This document shows positions 24,122 through 33,144 of a stretch of DNA of 64,000 nt, piece by piece. The translations under genes and the position numbers were made by a program. The notes beneath the pieces were generated by a model, which had not been told where the DNA came from, did not search any database, and saw only the letters and a list, made by a program, of their open reading frames with translations. Position 1 is the stretch's first letter, and every line of letters starts with the position of its first letter. Origin of the DNA: Cryomorphaceae bacterium (lineage in GTDB: Bacteria; Bacteroidota; Bacteroidia; Flavobacteriales; Schleiferiaceae); the NCBI GenBank assembly GCA_002682945.1, contig NYSL01000018.1:1570-65569 (forward strand), read 5' to 3'.

Positions 24122-25220
24122 ATAAATCTTGAACTCGCTGAAAAAATCCTTTATCCGATTTACCTGGATTGGGTTTGAAATTGTCAGATTCACCTAGCTT
24201 ATTAAGGGTAGATTTCTCTTGGGAAGTTAAAGACTTTGGAGTCCAAACTGAAACATGGACTAAAAGATCACCCATCCCGTATCCTTCAACACTTGGAAGT
24301 CCTTTACCTTTTAATCTTAAGGTCTTTCCTCCTTGTGTTCCAGAATCAATTTTCATTCTTACTTTACCATTAACACTGGGTATCTCGACGGTTGTTCCCA
24401 GCGCCGCATCGGGAAATGAAATATATAACTCATAATGAAGATGCTGACCTTCTCGGATTAATAAATCATCAATCTCTTCTTCAATAGAAACAATCAAATC
24501 GCCAGCAGCACTTCCACCTGGACCGTGGTTACCTTTATCTGAAACACGTAATTGCATTCCATCCTGAACTCCAGGAGGTATCTTTACACTCACAATTTCT
24601 TCTACTTTCTCTAAACCATCAGCACCGACTCCAGGTGGTCTTTTATCAATCATCTTTCCAGAGCCGTTACACGCGTTACAGGCACTTGCTGTTCGCATTT
24701 GTCCTAAAATAGTATTTTGAACACGTGATATTTGACCTGACCCATTACAAACAGTACACGTTTTAAAAGTAATTCCTTCAGCAGGAATTGCTCTTCTTAT
24801 TTTTATTTTTTTCTCAACCCCAGCTGAAATGTCCATCAAGTTCAGCTTAACACGTACCCTTAAATTGGCACCACGCATTGCTCCACCTCTCGAACTTCCT
24901 CCAAATCCGCCAAATCCACTCCCTCCAAAAACATCTCCAAAATGACTGAAAATATCATCCATATTCATTCCACCTTGACCTCCTGATCCGGGGCCAAAGG
25001 CTTGATGACCGAACTGATCATATTTTTGTTTTTTAGCCGAATCTGAGAGAACTTCATAGGCCTCAGCTGCTTCTTTAAACTTTTCTTCTGCCGCTTTGTC
25101 TCCTGGGTTTTTATCTGGGTGATATTTTATGGCCAACTTCCGATAAGCTTTTTTTATCTCATCGGATGAAGAAGATTTATTAACTCCTAATACGTCGTAA
25201 AAGTCTCGTTTATTTGCCAT
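24114..25220 (-). CDS. dnaJ: Molecular chaperone DnaJ
   Basis: J domain (DFYDVLGV...YHPDKNP), G/F-rich linker, then CTVCNGSG and CNACNGSG motifs. Confidence 0.96.
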   Translation of the reverse strand: MANKRDFYDVLGVNKSSSSDEIKKAYRKLAIKYHPDKNPGDKAAEEKFKEAAEAYEVLSDSAKKQKYDQFGHQAFGPGSGGQGGMNMDDIFSHFGDVFGGSGFGGFGGSSRGGAMRGANLRVRVKLNLMDISAGVEKKIKIRRAIPAEGITFKTCTVCNGSGQISRVQNTILGQMRTASACNACNGSGKMIDKRPPGVGADGLEKVEEIVSVKIPPGVQDGMQLRVSDKGNHGPGGSAAGDLIVSIEEEIDDLLIREGQHLHYELYISFPDAALGTTVEIPSVNGKVRMKIDSGTQGGKTLRLKGKGLPSVEGYGMGDLLVHVSVWTPKSLTSQEKSTLNKLGESDNFKPNPGKSDKGFFQRVQDLFS

Positions 25221-25222
25221 AA

Positions 25223-25765
25223 TTAATTATTGCTATCCGCCACTACCACCTTTGCAAAACGGATTATTTTGGAACCTAATCTATATCCCTTCTCAATTTC
25301 GTCAACTACCGTTCCTTTTTGATCATCTGATACTGCAGGAATTGTGGTTATTGCTTCCATTGTTTCTACATCAAGTTCAGACCCAATTGTTGATTCCAAC
25401 GGACTTAACCCCTCACTTTTCAGAACATTCTTTAATTTTGAGTAGATAAGGTCAAGCCCAACTAGCTCTTCTGAATCTTTTGGAAAACTCTTTAAGGCCC
25501 TTTCAAAATCATCTATAACTGGCAAAATTGCTTTAATTACTTTTTCACTTGCAGTAGACATTAGGTCTAATCTCTCACGAGCGTTTCTTTTACGAAAGTT
25601 TTCAAACTCCGCATAAAGTCTCAAATTCTGATCTTTAAGTTCATTAAATTGATCCTCTAAACTAAGTTCTGACGAATCCTCATTTATAGAGTCATTGATA
25701 CTATCCTGCTCATCTAAGCTTTTCTCAAGATCTTTTGGATCCGATTTTTTTTTACTTTTTCCCAT
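25223..25765 (-). CDS. grpE: Nucleotide exchange factor GrpE
   Basis: 180 aa, ...[12 protein letters not shown]..., directly upstream of dnaJ. Confidence 0.95.
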   Translation of the reverse strand: MGKSKKKSDPKDLEKSLDEQDSINDSINEDSSELSLEDQFNELKDQNLRLYAEFENFRKRNARERLDLMSTASEKVIKAILPVIDDFERALKSFPKDSEELVGLDLIYSKLKNVLKSEGLSPLESTIGSELDVETMEAITTIPAVSDDQKGTVVDEIEKGYRLGSKIIRFAKVVVADSNN

Positions 25766-25796
25766 ATTTGAAAATATTGTATATCACAAAAAGCAA

Positions 25797-25838
25797 ACAG
25801 CCTGCCAAAAATGATCAAATGTCATATTGACAGGCAGT
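25797..25838 (-). terminator. Candidate terminator-like hairpin between the tlpA-like gene and grpE
   Basis: Imperfect inverted repeat ACAGCCTGCC (25797-25806) / GACAGGCAGT (25829-25838), 8 of 10 positions pairing. An inner ATGA/TCAT stem is present, and a T-rich run (TTTGCTTTTTGTG) follows on the minus strand. The loop is large, so the call is weak. Confidence 0.3.
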
Positions 25839-25861
25839 CTATTTGATTCGAGACAATAAGG

Positions 25862-26413
25862 TTATTTTTTAAGAGAAGAAAGTACATTTTCTAATGCCCC
25901 ACCTCGTAATCCTTTTGCAATTATTTTTCCCTTTCCATCAACAAGAAAAGTCATCGGGACAGCATTAACTCCGTAAATAGCAGCACCTTGGGCTCTCCAC
26001 CCTCTTAGGTCACTAACATGATTTGACCAAACAAGGCCATCTTGAGCAATAGCTTGAATCCACCTTTGTTTTGATTGATCTAAACTCACTGAATATATTT
26101 CAAACCCTTTACCGTCTCTAAATTTCTCATTCTTAAATTTATTATAAGTTCTTACCACATTTGGGTTTTCTCTTCTACATGGACCACACCATGAAGCCCA
26201 AAAATCAATTAGGACCAACTTTCCTTTTAAGTCACTTAATTTCATTATTTTACCATTTGGGTTTAAGTAGGCTAACTCAGGAGCCTGATCCCCAATCTTT
26301 ACATTTGAAAGTTGACTATCAAGTATTTCAGATGGTTTGACCATTATTTCTGAAGAACTAAATGCAGTGGAAATAATGAGAGTAATGGCAAATAATTTTG
26401 AAGGCAAATTCAT
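25862..26413 (-). CDS. Periplasmic TlpA/ResA-like thiol:disulfide oxidoreductase (thioredoxin fold)
   Basis: 183 aa with an N-terminal signal peptide and the active site FWASWCGPCRRENP. Confidence 0.9.
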   Translation of the reverse strand: MNLPSKLFAITLIISTAFSSSEIMVKPSEILDSQLSNVKIGDQAPELAYLNPNGKIMKLSDLKGKLVLIDFWASWCGPCRRENPNVVRTYNKFKNEKFRDGKGFEIYSVSLDQSKQRWIQAIAQDGLVWSNHVSDLRGWRAQGAAIYGVNAVPMTFLVDGKGKIIAKGLRGGALENVLSSLKK

Positions 26414-26432
26414 ATTTTTGATTTCTTAAAGT

Positions 26433-28352
26433 TTAAAGTCCTCGACCAATTATCGTTATTGGTCCATAATAGCGCAACTCTTTATCACACTGAAGCAGGA
26501 AATAATATGTAGAGGGTGGTAATGGCTTTCCATTATTATCGACTCCTGTCCATGTATCGTCATAATTTTCTTGTTGATACACTTGTCCACCCCAACGATT
26601 TAAAACCCGTAAAGTACAAGATTCACCAAAGGAAACTTCTGATAAATCAAGAACATCATTTACTCCGTCCATATTTGCGGTTATTACATTTTGTACATTC
26701 GATAAATCTGGAACAGTCTGTTGTGGAAGCCAAAAAATCATGACCGTATCTATTCCTTGACAGCCATATTCATCGGCAACAATAACATAAAAAGTTGTAG
26801 AGTCTTGATACTGCCATGATTGAGGATCTTTTCTCTTGGAATTGTTAAAATAGACGGGTTTATCAGCAAACCAACGGTATAACGAACCTTCCGAAACATT
26901 TAAATAGGCCGTATCATAGCGGACTACTGATGTATCGACTCCAGCATTGACATCAACTGACCACTGAATCACAGAGATAGTATCATAAACAGTATCTGGA
27001 CATGTTAGAGAAGAAACAATTAGTCGAACTGGGTATTCGCCAGGGAGAGACCAAGAAACATTTGAAACACTATCACCCTGGGCACCAAAAGTATTCGATA
27101 AGCTGCCAAAGTCCCATTGGAAAGAGGCATCCGAAGGAGTTCCGCCCTCTGCATAAAAAAGTAAGTTTTGAGCTTCGAAACATGATTTTCCTGTGTACTT
27201 TATCTCATAATCTGGTGCATCTAAAATCTTAAATACTTCAAACACTGTATCTGTGCAAACTAAGCCGGGATTTATTATTAACATAACTGAATAATCTCCC
27301 GTATCAGGATATGTATATGAAGGTGATGGAGAGGAACTAGTATCTGCAGTTGTGGCAGTATCCCCGAAATCCCAAAGATATGAGAGGGCACCCGATGTTT
27401 GAGCTTGAAATGTCATTGTTTTTCCATTACATAAGAGACTAGGCTTTTCTATTTGGGTTAACATATCGGACACAACATTGCTTATACAACTAGTAATATT
27501 GAATTGATAATCCCTGCGTACTTTAGACAAAAGAATGCCATTTTCATACTCAGAAACACATATTCCCACAACAAATTGCCCTGTCGTATTTGCAACTCCC
27601 GTTATAAATCCTGTATTAGCGTTAATGGACAAAGCTGGCGCTCCAGGAATAGGCATTGAACTCGTTTGAGGAGAAATAAAAGGAATAGATGTATAAGGCG
27701 GAGGATCCGCTGAACCCGGACTAGGATTGAATGAAGAGCCTCCGTTTAAAATGTCACAAAATTCATAAAATAAGGAGTCTCCATTGGCATCTGCCGCAGA
27801 AGCGTCGATATTCAAAGCATCTGATTTACACAAAACGATCGGCGGAACCGTGGTGAATTGCGGAGTGCTATTGCAATTATCCATTGATGGAATTTGTATT
27901 GTATATGTATTGCCCTTTCCTGAGGAAACAATATTCGCAATAGTTGCATTCCTACAACATCGTTGATAAGAAATCGTATAACCTCCAACCCTAGCGGGTA
28001 ATGATATTGTATGAATGTATTCTGCATATTCAGTACAAATATTCGGAGGAGTTGTCAAACATGGATTTCCCGTAGCCGCAGGGACTTGAACAGTCGCTCC
28101 CTTAGAAACTGAGGGGTTGAACAAAATATTTCCTTGATCATCAAATATGGTAAAATTTACTGACTGATCAAAAGCAGCTCCATTTCCATTACAATCGCGA
28201 TAAATTCGAAGTTTGATTTCATAAGAGTTGCTGCCTGAACAGGTATAGGTAATCTCCCCTCCTACCAAATGGGCTCCATTCAATTTAAATGTGGAAAATG
28301 TTGCTGCAATTACGACTAGAGCAACTCTGGCAATTCTACCTGTAAAAAACAT
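26433..28352 (-). CDS. T9SS type-B C-terminal-domain surface protein with a Cys-rich N-terminal module and PKD-like repeats
   Basis: 639 aa with a signal peptide and WDFGD PKD-like blocks. The C-terminus NVITANMDGVNDVLDL...VLNRWGGQVYQQ...STYYFLL...GPITIIGRG matches the gliding-motility-associated (type B) CTD pattern. Confidence 0.85.
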   Translation of the reverse strand: MFFTGRIARVALVVIAATFSTFKLNGAHLVGGEITYTCSGSNSYEIKLRIYRDCNGNGAAFDQSVNFTIFDDQGNILFNPSVSKGATVQVPAATGNPCLTTPPNICTEYAEYIHTISLPARVGGYTISYQRCCRNATIANIVSSGKGNTYTIQIPSMDNCNSTPQFTTVPPIVLCKSDALNIDASAADANGDSLFYEFCDILNGGSSFNPSPGSADPPPYTSIPFISPQTSSMPIPGAPALSINANTGFITGVANTTGQFVVGICVSEYENGILLSKVRRDYQFNITSCISNVVSDMLTQIEKPSLLCNGKTMTFQAQTSGALSYLWDFGDTATTADTSSSPSPSYTYPDTGDYSVMLIINPGLVCTDTVFEVFKILDAPDYEIKYTGKSCFEAQNLLFYAEGGTPSDASFQWDFGSLSNTFGAQGDSVSNVSWSLPGEYPVRLIVSSLTCPDTVYDTISVIQWSVDVNAGVDTSVVRYDTAYLNVSEGSLYRWFADKPVYFNNSKRKDPQSWQYQDSTTFYVIVADEYGCQGIDTVMIFWLPQQTVPDLSNVQNVITANMDGVNDVLDLSEVSFGESCTLRVLNRWGGQVYQQENYDDTWTGVDNNGKPLPPSTYYFLLQCDKELRYYGPITIIGRGL

Positions 28353-28358
28353 CCTAAG

Positions 28359-29855
28359 TTATTTAACTACTTTGATCCAGAGCTTACCCGAATATTGCCC
28401 CCTCAATCCAGAGGTCCTTGCAGCATCTGCCTCGTAGTAACTTGGGAATTTTAGTAAGTAGACATAAAACATATTATTTCTAGAGTCACGGAAAACATTT
28501 GCCTGAATACCTCTGCTTTTTAACTTCGAGGCCATTCGATTTGCATTTCTTGACTCACCATAGACCCCTGCAGTTACATAATAACCAGAAGAGCCAGGTC
28601 TTACATTGTTTGCATAATTTTCATTACGGTATCCCGAGATTATTCCTTCGTCTTCGGATGATGATTGATTTGAATTCCATTCTGACTGATTTGAATTCCA
28701 TTCTGACTGATTTGAATTCATATTAGTATTATTTCTCATATCATTACGATTATCACCTGACTGCTGGAGCTTCATCCCCTCTTCTTGAATATCTTTTTTG
28801 AGAGATTCCTTTTGCTTTTCTAATTCCTCTTTTTGAGCAGCGCCAAGTTCATCTTTAAACTCTTCTAGTCTCTCGTTTAGCAACTTTTCAGTCTCTTTTG
28901 AGGCCTGTCTTTGCTTGTTTTTCAAACGCTTCACTTCTGCCTCAAGTCTTGAGTTTTTCTTGTTGTCTCCAAATTTGTAGGACAGCATAAACTCATTTGA
29001 CATACCTAGGGAAGATGCAAAAGCATTTGTGCTAAATTCATGAGAATATCCAACCGATAAAAGAGGAGTTAGATGAACTCCCGCATTTAACGTAGCTGCA
29101 TAATCACTACGATACATAGCTCCCACATATCCATATTCTCTCATATTAAACATAAGTCCGGCATCAATTTGCGGAGTGACAAAGGCTGCTGCTCTGACAG
29201 TGACTATTGGACTCAAAACCATTCTATCTTTTTGAATCTGCAGATCATATTGCGTTGAAGCAACATAGTGGCGAATTAAATGGTATGCCACGGGCCCCGC
29301 ATAATTATTAGAATAGGTGATTGTAGGATTTAATATTTGCGGCACACTAAGGCCAATTCTAAAGTCACTTACCTTTAGGTTTAAACCAAAATTTAAATCT
29401 AAAGTACCATTCTGATTCCTTGGGAAGAGAAAAGGATCACCTTCGTTTTTAACTCTTACGCTCGACATGTCAAAAGAATTATTGAGGTATCCTAATCCTA
29501 AGCCAAAACTGAGTATCGCAGTTTCGCTAAGTTGTGCATGATATGCGTAATTACCATATATTCCAGAGCGAGATACAATATCCGTAACATCATTAAAGGC
29601 ATATACCGAGTAACCAATTCTTTCCTTATTAAGGGCCCCATTGAATACCAAAGCAGATGTTTCTGGAGCTCCCTCCATGCCTTGCCATTGCTGTCTATGC
29701 ATCGTAGTCAAAGAGCTAAAGCCTTCAGAACCAGATAAAGCAGGGTTTGTAATTTGTGGAGTGAAAAAATAAGATGCATACAACGGAAGTTGTTGTCCAC
29801 TGACTCCCAATGCGTTGAAAACCAAAATAGATATCGATAAGATTGTCTTTTTCAT
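28359..29855 (-). CDS. PorP/SprF-family T9SS outer-membrane protein fused to a coiled-coil and a C-terminal SPOR-like domain
   Basis: Residues 1-295 read QQLPLYASYFFTPQITNPALSG...HRQQWQGMEGAPET... and end ...LSYKF, which is the PorP/SprF pattern. Residues 300-365 are a charged heptad-like segment and 366-420 an N/S/Q-rich linker. Residues 423-498 read GYYVTAGVYGESRNANRMASKLKSRGIQANVF...FYVYLLKF.SYYEA, which is SPOR-like. Confidence 0.8.
   Translation of the reverse strand: MKKTILSISILVFNALGVSGQQLPLYASYFFTPQITNPALSGSEGFSSLTTMHRQQWQGMEGAPETSALVFNGALNKERIGYSVYAFNDVTDIVSRSGIYGNYAYHAQLSETAILSFGLGLGYLNNSFDMSSVRVKNEGDPFLFPRNQNGTLDLNFGLNLKVSDFRIGLSVPQILNPTITYSNNYAGPVAYHLIRHYVASTQYDLQIQKDRMVLSPIVTVRAAAFVTPQIDAGLMFNMREYGYVGAMYRSDYAATLNAGVHLTPLLSVGYSHEFSTNAFASSLGMSNEFMLSYKFGDNKKNSRLEAEVKRLKNKQRQASKETEKLLNERLEEFKDELGAAQKEELEKQKESLKKDIQEEGMKLQQSGDNRNDMRNNTNMNSNQSEWNSNQSEWNSNQSSSEDEGIISGYRNENYANNVRPGSSGYYVTAGVYGESRNANRMASKLKSRGIQANVFRDSRNNMFYVYLLKFPSYYEADAARTSGLRGQYSGKLWIKVVK
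28666..28720 (-). repeat. In-frame 21-nt tandem repeat (2.6 copies) in the PorP/SprF linker
   Basis: TGATTTGAATTCCATTCTGAC occurs at 28666-28686 and 28687-28707, with a partial copy at 28708-28720. It encodes NSNQSEW NSNQSEW NSNQ. Confidence 0.9.
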
Positions 29856-29888
29856 AATTGATCTAGCTTTTTAGGTTCTGAATAAAAG

Positions 29889-31961
29889 TTATTGCTGATT
29901 ACGAATTATTGTTATTGCTCCGCGGAAACGAGCATAATTATTATTGCATAGTAGAATGTAATAGTAAGTTCCATCTGGAAGTGGGTCACCACCGATTGTT
30001 GTTCCATCCCATCCTGAGATATACTTATTTTGCTCATATACCTTAGCACCCCACCTATTAAATACTAATAGAGAGCAAGAGTCAGATTGAACTAGTTCTG
30101 AAAGATCAAAAACATCATTAAGACCATCTCCATTTGGAGTAATAACGTTCATTACATTTTCAAAATTGGTATCTAGAACAGATGGATCAAACTGAATTAC
30201 AACCAATGAGTCTATTCCGAAGCATCCAAACGAACTTCTTATTTCAACATAATATGTTGTCGTATCTGAGGTCGGCCTTGTTAAAGGAGAAGCATTATTT
30301 GGATCACTAAAGTATACTGGCTTGTCCGCATACCAATAATAGCTTGTCCCGCCAGATGCTCCCAATTGAACAACTTCTCCTGGCATAACAGTTTGATCCA
30401 ATCCGGCATTGGGGATTATTACTATTTCTGTTATTTCCAGAGTATCATAATTTGTACAATTATTTAAACCTGTTGCTTCAACAACGTAAATGCCGGAATC
30501 TTTTGCATAAAAAGAGCTACCTGTATATGAACCTAATTGCCAATTCCATTGATAGGACAGACCCGAACCCGTGACACCAACTAAAACCGAATCTCCTGCA
30601 CACAAGCCAAGGCTATCGCTCGGAGCAACGTTAACAATAGGTAGAGGAATCACGTTAACTTGTAAGGGGCCAGTTGTCCAATCACATGCATCACTGTTTA
30701 TAACTAATCGATATTGGGCAGATCCTGATATTAAGACCGTATCTACGACTAACTCATATGTTGTATCGTTTGGAAGGGCCTGCCAGGTTGCTGATGAAAT
30801 TGGAAACATAACTTCCCATTGGTAAGTCCAATCATTTGAGAAAGACTGAGCATGAGATCGCAGTAAAGTTGAATCTCCTGGGCAAATATCTAAAGATGCA
30901 GATGCCTGACCGGCCCATGGAATGTTTTCGATGTAAGTATCTGGCACAGTATCGACGAAGACTTGAATAGAATAACTTGTATCTGGGCACCCACCTGGAT
31001 TCCATGCAGTAACCAAGGAATACAACCCTGAAGTCCCGGTGATAAAATTAGCATTGGTCTCACCTGAGATCGCAATTGGGTAATTTACACCAAACATATC
31101 AACGGTATCTTTTAACCATTGATATGAAATGGAAACACCTGCTCCTGCTTGAGGCCCTCTCAATGTAATAGTTTCAGTTTCACAAAATTGTAATGAATCA
31201 ATTTGAGAATCTTTATCCAAAACTTTAAGCGTGAACATTCCTGAAGCTATGTGAGAGACAGATGTTGAGGGTGTGAAAGTATTAATTGTCGTATCTGAAG
31301 TTGCTATCGTACAGTTACCTGAACTACCAATAACGCCATAGTCCCCACTGGAGGTAACGATAAGAGAATCATCTGTAGCACCAGAAATTGGGGATCCTGA
31401 AGCGGTCCATTGATAACCAGCTAGGCCTTTACTCGCATAGAGAATTACCGTATCACCCTCACACATACCCCAATCATTTGAGGGAGTATGACTATTATCA
31501 AACCCTCCAATAATTGAATCTATGGAAACCTCAGGAGCTACATTTACTGTCATTCTAATTGTATCTGACCACAACGATGGTGCTGTTGACTTGATCGATA
31601 AACTGTAAAAATTATTCGTCGTGATAGTATCAGGAATTATCACCCAAGCCCACTTAACTCCTGCTGAGATCGTATCAGCAACGGTTCCAACTGGAGATGG
31701 AGTAACTGATTCCCATTTCACTATCGGTAACGTGTCGCTGGAAGACACTGTAAATGTATTCGTATCACCTTCAGAGAAAAGAACATTAAAGTCATTCGAC
31801 AAATTCATTCCTGGGGAGCCTATAGTGAGAGTCAACTTTAATGAATCACCAGTACACTTCGAAAGGTTTGGATTCTGAGTCAAATCGAGCGATTGCGAGC
31901 TGGCTAGAAAGGAAGAGAAAATTGCAAAGAATAGGGATATTGATCTTAAAGATGACATCAT
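29889..31961 (-). CDS. T9SS type-B C-terminal-domain surface protein with Ig-like repeats
   Basis: The signal peptide MMSSLRSISLFFAIFSSFLASSQS suggests a start at 31961; the ORF track extends to 31994. C.GDS..L....YQW Ig-like modules recur. The C-terminus is NVITPNGDGLNDVFDL...VFNRWGAKVYEQ...GTYYYIL...GAITIIR. Confidence 0.85.
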   Translation of the reverse strand: MMSSLRSISLFFAIFSSFLASSQSLDLTQNPNLSKCTGDSLKLTLTIGSPGMNLSNDFNVLFSEGDTNTFTVSSSDTLPIVKWESVTPSPVGTVADTISAGVKWAWVIIPDTITTNNFYSLSIKSTAPSLWSDTIRMTVNVAPEVSIDSIIGGFDNSHTPSNDWGMCEGDTVILYASKGLAGYQWTASGSPISGATDDSLIVTSSGDYGVIGSSGNCTIATSDTTINTFTPSTSVSHIASGMFTLKVLDKDSQIDSLQFCETETITLRGPQAGAGVSISYQWLKDTVDMFGVNYPIAISGETNANFITGTSGLYSLVTAWNPGGCPDTSYSIQVFVDTVPDTYIENIPWAGQASASLDICPGDSTLLRSHAQSFSNDWTYQWEVMFPISSATWQALPNDTTYELVVDTVLISGSAQYRLVINSDACDWTTGPLQVNVIPLPIVNVAPSDSLGLCAGDSVLVGVTGSGLSYQWNWQLGSYTGSSFYAKDSGIYVVEATGLNNCTNYDTLEITEIVIIPNAGLDQTVMPGEVVQLGASGGTSYYWYADKPVYFSDPNNASPLTRPTSDTTTYYVEIRSSFGCFGIDSLVVIQFDPSVLDTNFENVMNVITPNGDGLNDVFDLSELVQSDSCSLLVFNRWGAKVYEQNKYISGWDGTTIGGDPLPDGTYYYILLCNNNYARFRGAITIIRNQQ

Positions 31962-32185
31962 TCTTAATTGGGTTAGAAATATGTTTAGCTGCAAATATAA
32001 CGTTCAAGTACTGTGCCAAAGACATCAATAGCGGTTTTAGATCTAATTTCTTATTTAAAGAGTCAAAATAATGAGATTCCGATAAAGAACAATCAAATTA
32101 AATTTATCGCAAATTTTCAATGATTTTAAATGATATTTACTGCTAAAGTTCAAATGATAAAGATTTAACAATTTTATAGTTAATC

Positions 32186-32542
32186 ATGAATAATAAAAAC
32201 ATACCACGAAGTTTTAAATATGCTATCCAGGGATTTAAAATTGCATTCTTGAATGAATTTAAAATACGCTTACACTCTGCTATTGTTTTAGTCGTCGTAA
32301 TAGGAGGACTCTTGTTGAATTTATCAATTTTTGAATGGATCTCCGTAGTGATTTCCATGGGTATAGTTCTAATCACTGAATTAATAAACACCTCGATAGA
32401 AACTTTATCTGACACTTTACATCCGGACGTGAGTGAGGGAATAAAAAATACAAAAGATATAGCAGCTAGCGCGGTCTTAATTGCATCAACAACAGCCCTT
32501 ACAATTGGATTAATAGTTTTTATTCCATATTTGTGTCAATAA
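32186..32542 (+). CDS. dgkA: Diacylglycerol kinase (prokaryotic DgkA family)
   Basis: 118 aa with 3 TM segments, ...FKYAIQGF...E.INTSIE...D..KD.AA.AVL. Confidence 0.85.
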   Translation: MNNKNIPRSFKYAIQGFKIAFLNEFKIRLHSAIVLVVVIGGLLLNLSIFEWISVVISMGIVLITELINTSIETLSDTLHPDVSEGIKNTKDIAASAVLIASTTALTIGLIVFIPYLCQ

Positions 32543-32558
32543 TTCAAAATTTAAAAGT

Positions 32559-32981
32559 TTGTCGATATTAAAATCAATAGAAAAAAATCAAAAAAAACAC
32601 AAAAAACTGTGTGACGATATTAGAAAATCAAAAATTTACTTTGATTGGGTTGGAATTTATTGGATGAATTACTCAAACCAAACCTTGGAATTGGGAGTTT
32701 TTTCTGGGAGTCCAACTGAACACGTATCCATTCCATTCGGCAAGGGCGTTTGTGGTCAAGTGGCTTTAATAGGAGAAACCTTAGAAATTGGCAACGTCAA
32801 AGAGGAAAAAAATTACATCGCATGTTCCCTTGAAACAAAATCAGAAATTGTAGTTCCCATTTATAAAAACGGCAAATTAATCGGTCAAGTAGATATTGAT
32901 AGTCACTCCAAAAATCCATTTAAACCTGAAGATCATATTTTTCTTGAAAATATCTGCAGATCTATTGCCGCAAGTATTTAA
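32559..32981 (+). CDS. GAF-domain protein (free methionine-R-sulfoxide reductase-like)
   Basis: 140 aa with a TTG start. GKGVCGQVALIGETLEIGNV....YIACS..TKSEIVVPI..NGKLIGQVDIDS is the fRMsr/YebR-type GAF pattern. Confidence 0.75.
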   Translation: MSILKSIEKNQKKHKKLCDDIRKSKIYFDWVGIYWMNYSNQTLELGVFSGSPTEHVSIPFGKGVCGQVALIGETLEIGNVKEEKNYIACSLETKSEIVVPIYKNGKLIGQVDIDSHSKNPFKPEDHIFLENICRSIAASI

Positions 32982-33144
32982 AATATTTTTTTGATTAAAC
33001 TAGATAAAAAATACCAACTTGTAATTTAGCCATAAGCTATTTTTGTGTTTACGATTTGTTAGCACTAATTCTGACCTATTGTCTTTTTGAAACAATGTTA
33101 GTTTATTCTGAGCACAGCCGCAATAAATAAACCAACAGAATCAC

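Noticed and set aside
28259-28276. AHLVGGE at the mature N-terminus of two T9SS cargos, reminiscent of the IVGG start of trypsin-like serine proteases
   Set aside because: There is no His/Asp/Ser catalytic triad context and no GDSGGP-like block downstream. The resemblance is limited to four residues.
32143-32415. 90-aa minus-strand ORF overlapping the start of dgkA
   Set aside because: The plus-strand frame matches the DgkA family. The minus-strand ORF has no features and would leave dgkA without a coding region.
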